From: a virus
Lineage: Duplodnaviria; Caudoviricetes
Length of the DNA: 28,106 bases
Strand: one strand, 5' to 3'
IMG/VR virus record: IMGVR_UViG_3300037422_000657
Coordinates: 1-28,106 of that record
In this document: piece by piece, positions 24,001-28,106 of the stretch
Layout of the letters: each line of letters starts with the position of its first letter
Position numbering within the stretch: position 1 is the stretch's first letter
Notes under the pieces: generated by a model
What the model saw: the letters and a program-made list of their open reading frames with translations, nothing else
Told to the model about the DNA's origin: nothing
Database searches by the model: none
Position numbers and translations under genes: made by a program

Positions 24001-24271
24001 CTTCGAGGAGCTGGGGCGCGGACTGCTCGAATCCTCGCGCGGCTTCTACGCCTCGGGCGCGGGCTTCCAGGCCGATCTCGCGCTGGTGCGCTCCGCCGTC
24101 GCCGACGCGCTCGGCGGCAACGCGTTCGTCGCGCCCATCGTCGCCGCCGTCAACGACAACGGCGCGCTGCTGGGCCGCGTGCTCGACGAGCTTTCGAACC
24201 TCCGCCGCATCACCGAGGCCCAGGCCGAGGAGATCGCGAGCTTGACCGCGCTGCTGCGCCGGGCCGCGTGA
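21098..24271 (+). CDS. Tail tape measure protein
   Basis: 1057 aa, Ala/Gly-rich and helical. LADDLGVTTQQLQAL TMP motif and a Gly-rich hydrophobic segment. Follows G/GT. Confidence 0.93.
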   Translation: MATTERALAVKFVARNQEQVLAALRQLGQEGERAAQQIERSFARPAGNVVVLDRAMRIAGDTASRLAAQAAAVNAPIGAIATGAVAAGSAFTGLAATLGGVVIGIQQLNRAAAASESLKKLADDLGVTTQQLQALEFAGVKAKIEVEQLRQGLAQFQARAFDAQSGRGRAEDIFKQIGLSAREANGEVKSTFELLGDVAERLKEFDRADRLTIVRSLFGDDRLLPLLERGRGGIADMAREAEALGLVLRSDVVEPTAKFAENLRVAEEIVGRRFRVAITESLAALLRVNDALGEAAARLLPAREEAEKIDAALGRTGDAVAKLATPPQAFLDWLGEASRIAGGLRDQFLNLFRGGDSGDVIVPIPPRPGDDSAAFRAAYNSRLANSSVAAAQGRRLRPPGTGGADNERSRALEEIARLEAEVARIGLEGIDLIDARYQEHLARFRKLHAEKKIELADFVRADLALTEKAEKEKAELARREYERALDEQLRANERAAEEALRPWLQFGDTLIDLFARAGAEGGKALGANLAAAGRGFGLDLARAALQPLMTQLAGFVGGGSLNIGGSNLGGIRLPVGQANLSAGEIELLQRAGAALPGASLGSAFGAGLQGFGVGSTLGGLFPRALNQTGSSIGGAIGGIAGLALTPILGPLGPILGGLAGGALGGLFGPKGGKKPIPRYAGGLVSTAGGVAARYTLASNYAEDLGAGGDFADALAGALNAFAKSFRATLGRASLNYAVDAGGFRVFSSDADQRTFGAGGDAGLAIARALQGLGGEGFFAGLSGRARTALGRSRGGSVEELIADVEFADRIEEVIKGLEAVNDNLKAIELQARTATQEQVKSISAFVERAEALGVGAEGRAGLGVVAAGLLDFVREDVSEETAAFARLSEHFRVVREEADKLGLTLDAVAAAETRERAELQLRLAQSSGLNRFFEELQFGGLSGAAPGASLEGRRASFLAAVAQGQTGRFEELGRGLLESSRGFYASGAGFQADLALVRSAVADALGGNAFVAPIVAAVNDNGALLGRVLDELSNLRRITEAQAEEIASLTALLRRAA

Positions 24272-24272
24272 C

Positions 24273-26009
24273 GTGCTCGCGGTCATCATCCGGCCCTTCG
24301 ACGGCGCCGCCGCCGTCGTTTGGGAAGCGCCGCCCGCGGCCTACGGCGAGGAGACCTACGGGCCCGACCCGCAATACACGACCTACGGCGCCGAGACCGT
24401 CATCCATCTCGCCGACCGCGCCTACACGGGCAAGCCGAGCGACGACGGCACGATCGCGGCGCATTCGGCGATCTTCCAGTCGCCGCCCGCGCCCTACGGA
24501 GGCGGCGACGGCGGCGAGGGCGGCGAGTACGGCCCGACCCAGCTCGACTACGACATCCGCTTCCCGGCGACGACGTCGCCCGACGCGCCGAACGTCGCCA
24601 ACGTGTATTTCGCGCCGCGCCTGCAATCCAGCTTCAACCTGGCGTTGAGCCTGTTCGAGGGCGACGAGCCGCGCGGCCGCGCCCGGCCCGGCCTCGGAGA
24701 GATGCGCATCGTCAACGCCGACGGCGCGCTCGACGAAGCGCTCGCCCAGGGCTGGGACGGACGGCCGATCGATTTTTACGAGGGCGCGCCGGGCGCCGCC
24801 TTCGCCGCATTCGCGCGCCGCTACCGCGGCACCTGCGACGGCATCGTGTGGGACGAGACCGGCATCACGGTGCGCCTGCGCGATCCGCAGCTGCGCATGG
24901 ACCAGCCGATCCAGACGCGGCTCTATGCCGGCACCGGCGGCCTCGAGGGCGGCGCCGAGCTTGCCGGTGTGGTCAAGCCGCTGGCCTTCGGCTTCTGCGA
25001 GAACGTCGCCGGCATCCCGGTCGATCCGGCCAATCTCGTCTATCACTTGCACGACGGCGCGATCAAAAGCGTCGCCGCCGTCCGCGACAAGGGCGTCGCG
25101 CTCGCGGCATCGCTCGACCACGCCGACTACGCCGCGCTGGTCGCGGCGACGATCGCCGCCGGCAGCTACGCGACATGCCTCGCCGAGGGCCTGGTCCGCC
25201 TGGGTGCGTCGCCCGCCGGCCTCGTCACCGTCGATCTCGAGGGGGACAACAGCAACGGCGTCTATGTCGCCGACAGCGCCGGCATCGTCGCGCGCATCGC
25301 CTCGCAGCGGCTTCCTGCCGCCGACCGCTTCGGCGACCCGGACGGGCTCGATTCGAACGCGCTCGCCGCCTTCACGGCGCTGCAGCCGGCCGAGATCGGC
25401 TTCGTCGTGCAGTCGCCGGCCAGCGCCGGCGCCGTCGCCGACGAGATCATGGCCGCGGCCGGCGGCGTCTGGTTCGTCGCCTTCGACGGCCGGCTCGCCG
25501 TCGCCCGGCTCGATCTGCCGTCGGCGAGCCCGGCCGCGACCTTGAAGCGGCACCGCTTCGGCGCGCTCGAGCGCCGCGGCGCGGTGCCGCGCTGGCGCAC
25601 GCGCATCGGCTATCGCCGCATGTGGTCGGTGCAGTCGAAGGACGATCTCGCCGGCGCGGTCAGCGAGGAGAAGCGCGCGCTCTATTCCGAGGACTACCGC
25701 TATGCGGTCGCGATCACCGACGGCGCGCGCGAGACGCACAAGCGCGCGCGCGACGTGGTCGTCGCCGGCTTTTTCCGCCACGAGGCCGACGCGGCGGCCG
25801 AGGCGGCGCGCCAGCAGGCCCTCTTCGGCGCGCTGCGCCACATCTACCGCGTCCGCGTCGATGCCGGCCCGTTCGACCGCGCGCTCGGCGACATCGTGGC
25901 GCTCGACGGCGTCGCGCGCTTCGGCTGGACGCCGCCCAAGAGCTTCGTGCTCGTCGGCATCGACGCCGACGCGGCGCGCGGCGAGACCTCCTACGACCTT
26001 TGGGCCTGA
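24273..26009 (+). CDS. Tail tip/hub protein
   Basis: Position after TMP. GEMRIVNADGALD, WDGRPI, YAGTGGLEG...KPLAFG motifs. Confidence 0.75.
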   Translation: MLAVIIRPFDGAAAVVWEAPPAAYGEETYGPDPQYTTYGAETVIHLADRAYTGKPSDDGTIAAHSAIFQSPPAPYGGGDGGEGGEYGPTQLDYDIRFPATTSPDAPNVANVYFAPRLQSSFNLALSLFEGDEPRGRARPGLGEMRIVNADGALDEALAQGWDGRPIDFYEGAPGAAFAAFARRYRGTCDGIVWDETGITVRLRDPQLRMDQPIQTRLYAGTGGLEGGAELAGVVKPLAFGFCENVAGIPVDPANLVYHLHDGAIKSVAAVRDKGVALAASLDHADYAALVAATIAAGSYATCLAEGLVRLGASPAGLVTVDLEGDNSNGVYVADSAGIVARIASQRLPAADRFGDPDGLDSNALAAFTALQPAEIGFVVQSPASAGAVADEIMAAAGGVWFVAFDGRLAVARLDLPSASPAATLKRHRFGALERRGAVPRWRTRIGYRRMWSVQSKDDLAGAVSEEKRALYSEDYRYAVAITDGARETHKRARDVVVAGFFRHEADAAAEAARQQALFGALRHIYRVRVDAGPFDRALGDIVALDGVARFGWTPPKSFVLVGIDADAARGETSYDLWA

Positions 26010-26012
26010 GAT

Positions 26013-26834
26013 ATGGCGAAGCCGCTGATCGCGACCACCGAGAGGAGCGACGCCGCCGCGCTCACCGGCATCGGCACGCTCGCCGCGAGCCTGCCGATAA
26101 CCAATTTGCAGACCGTCCAGCCCGGCGAGGCCGCGCGCTGGACCTCGCTCACGGGCATGGCGGTCGAGGCCGATCTCGGCGCCGCCGCCGCGATCAACCT
26201 GGTGGCGCTTCTAGCCCATAACGGCACGAGCGCCGCGACCTGGCGCATCCGCGCCGCGACCTCGCAGGCCAACTTGACCGCAGCACCAGGCTACGATTCG
26301 GGCACGGTCTCGATGTGGCCCGCCGCGGGCAAGCCGGCGGGCTACGCTGCGACCGACCGGCTGCACGCCATCCACTATCTCGCGACGGCGCAGAGCTTCC
26401 GCTGGTGGAGGGCCGACCTGACCGACGCCGCCAACCCGGACGGATATTTCGAGGCCGGCCGGCTCGTCATCGACGCCGCCTGGCAGCCCTCGCGCAACTT
26501 CGTCGTCGGCTGGACGCTCGGCGTCATCGACGTCTCGGCGCCGGTCCGCAGCGCGCGCGGCCATCTCTGGCCCGGCATCACCGACAGCGCCAAGGCGCGG
26601 GCGATCGAGTTCGGCCTCAGGGCCTTGAGCGAGGACGAGATGCGCGCCAACGCCTACGAGCTCGACCGCAAGCGCGCGCGCTCGAAGGACGTGCTGGCGC
26701 TGCGCGACCCGGCGGCCAACGCCAACCTGCATCTCTGGACCGTCTACGGCCTCATCAGCGAGCTCGGGCCGCTGCGGCACATCACCATGAGCCGCTACGA
26801 GAAGTCTTATCGGGTCGAGGAAATGACGCCGTGA
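26013..26834 (+). CDS. Minor tail protein (distal-tail-like with N-terminal carbohydrate-binding-type fold)
   Basis: NL...QP....RW, VALLAHN, RWWR.D..D..NPDGYFEAGRL, WQPSRN motifs. Confidence 0.65.
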   Translation: MAKPLIATTERSDAAALTGIGTLAASLPITNLQTVQPGEAARWTSLTGMAVEADLGAAAAINLVALLAHNGTSAATWRIRAATSQANLTAAPGYDSGTVSMWPAAGKPAGYAATDRLHAIHYLATAQSFRWWRADLTDAANPDGYFEAGRLVIDAAWQPSRNFVVGWTLGVIDVSAPVRSARGHLWPGITDSAKARAIEFGLRALSEDEMRANAYELDRKRARSKDVLALRDPAANANLHLWTVYGLISELGPLRHITMSRYEKSYRVEEMTP

Positions 26835-28106
26835 TCCACCTCGAGCGCACGAAGGAAACCTTCACGACCACCGGCACCGGCTCGATCACGGTCGCCGGAG
26901 CCGCCTCGGGCTTCCGCACCTTCGCCGCATCGCTCTCGGCCGACTACGCCCTCTCCGGCACCGTCGCCAAGGTCGGCTATTTCATGATCGGCGCGCCGGG
27001 CGGCGCCGACCAGAACAACTGGGAGCGCGGCTACGGCACCTTCACCACCGGCACCGGCGTGATGACGCGGACCGTGATCGCGTCGTCGAACGGCGGCGCG
27101 CTGGTGTCGTGGTCGGCCGGCACCAAGTACATCATGGGCGCGCCGGCGGCCTTCCCCGACACCAACGCGCCCGGCATCTTCCGCGGCGCGGCCCGCCCCG
27201 GCTGGCTGCGCGACCAGAGCTTTTGGATCGACACCGACGCCGCGCCGGCGACGCTCCACTGGTTCGACGGCACCGACGATATCCCCGCCCTCATCGTCGA
27301 CGAGACGGCGAACCACGCCGCGCCCTGGGGCGTCGCGCGCCCGCTCGCCAAGACCGCCGCCTACACCGTGGTCAAGGCCGATGCGGGCCGCCTCATCGAG
27401 GCGACCAGCGGCACATGGACGCTCGCGCTCACCGCCGCCGCCACGCTCGGCGCCGGCTACTGGTTCGGATTGCGCAACACCGGCACCGGCGTCGTCACCG
27501 TCGATCCGAACGCGGCGGAGACCATCGACGGCAGCACGACCTTGCTGGTGCAGCCCGGCGAGTCCTTCCTCATCGCCTGCGACGGCACGGATTTCGTCAC
27601 CCTCGGGCGCCTCACCATCAACGCGCTGACCGAGGACACGACGCCCGATCCGGCGGCGGACTTCCTCGTCGCCTACGATGCGTCAGCCGCCGCGCTCAAG
27701 AAGATCAAGTTGCTGGTGCCCGGCACGGCGGTGCAGACGGTCATGACCGTGACAGAGGCCGTGGCGACGGGGACCACGACGATCCCCGGCGACGACACGA
27801 TCCCGCAGAACACCGAGGGCACGGAATTCATGACCGTGGCCATCACGCCGAAATTCGCCGACAGCACCCTCGTGATCGAGGCGACGGCGCTCCTCGCCAT
27901 GTCGACGGCGGCGGACGGCGCGTTCGCTTTCTTCGTCGACTCGACCGCCGACGCCATCGCCGCCGCGATGCGGTTCTTCTCGACCACGAACGACAGCGGC
28001 ATCGTCAAACTCGACCACAAGCTCACCTCGGGATCGACCGCGGCGCGGACCTACAAGTTCCGGGCCGGACCGACCAGCGCCGCGACGCTGACCTTCAACG
28101 GCATCG
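26831..28106 (+). CDS. Tail fibre / receptor-binding protein (3' end beyond window)
   Basis: GTGA-coupled start, frame open to the window end. N-terminal ERTKETFTTTGTGSITVAGA...WERGYGT...SSNGGALV anchor followed by modular fibre domains. Confidence 0.85.
   Translation, partial: MIHLERTKETFTTTGTGSITVAGAASGFRTFAASLSADYALSGTVAKVGYFMIGAPGGADQNNWERGYGTFTTGTGVMTRTVIASSNGGALVSWSAGTKYIMGAPAAFPDTNAPGIFRGAARPGWLRDQSFWIDTDAAPATLHWFDGTDDIPALIVDETANHAAPWGVARPLAKTAAYTVVKADAGRLIEATSGTWTLALTAAATLGAGYWFGLRNTGTGVVTVDPNAAETIDGSTTLLVQPGESFLIACDGTDFVTLGRLTINALTEDTTPDPAADFLVAYDASAAALKKIKLLVPGTAVQTVMTVTEAVATGTTTIPGDDTIPQNTEGTEFMTVAITPKFADSTLVIEATALLAMSTAADGAFAFFVDSTADAIAAAMRFFSTTNDSGIVKLDHKLTSGSTAARTYKFRAGPTSAATLTFNGI

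Larger units (their letters stand above)
1..28106 (+). mobile_element. Lambda-like siphophage / prophage segment (replication module, packaging, head, tail); ends not in window
   Basis: Co-oriented, syntenic primase-helicase, TerS, GpA-type TerL, gpW, lambda portal, capsid, tail tube, G/GT chaperone, tape measure and fibre genes. No sheath or baseplate wedge genes. Confidence 0.97.

Noticed and set aside
7072-25841. Long minus-strand ORFs (e.g. 7072-9261, 15109-16704, 18464-20221, 21119-22864, 24210-25841)
   Set aside because: These are antisense shadows of GC3-rich plus-strand genes, with no recognisable motifs.
6549-28106. Gene transfer agent or tailocin
   Set aside because: Linked replication genes, origin, cos-like site and GpA terminase indicate a genuine phage.

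Overview
The whole 28.1 kb window is an internal segment of a high-GC, lambda-like temperate siphophage, most likely a prophage of an alphaproteobacterium (inferred from GapR-like, DUF6456-like and DUF6441-like genes). All credible genes are on the + strand. The left part (235-6371) is a translationally coupled early/replication operon: CII-like and LexA-HTH regulators, a GapR-like protein, RuvC-like resolvase, amino (N6-adenine/N4-cytosine) methyltransferase, Toprim primase, AAA_25/RepA helicase, an 11-bp iteron array (likely origin) and a late-regulator candidate. A promoter, terminator and cos-like region follows, then the virion operon: TerS, GpA-type TerL, gpW-like protein, lambda-family portal, protease-capsid fusion, head decoration, head-tail and tail completion proteins, tail tube, G/GT chaperones with a -1 frameshift, tape measure, tail tip proteins and a tail fibre running off the end. 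No integrase, repressor, lysis genes, tail sheath, RNA genes or CRISPR array are visible. The most unusual element is a 3.3 kb six-gene cassette between gpW and portal that looks like an uncharacterised head/neck appendage system. Short REP-like palindromes are also inserted in frame in three phage genes. All family assignments come from motif recognition by eye, not database searches.
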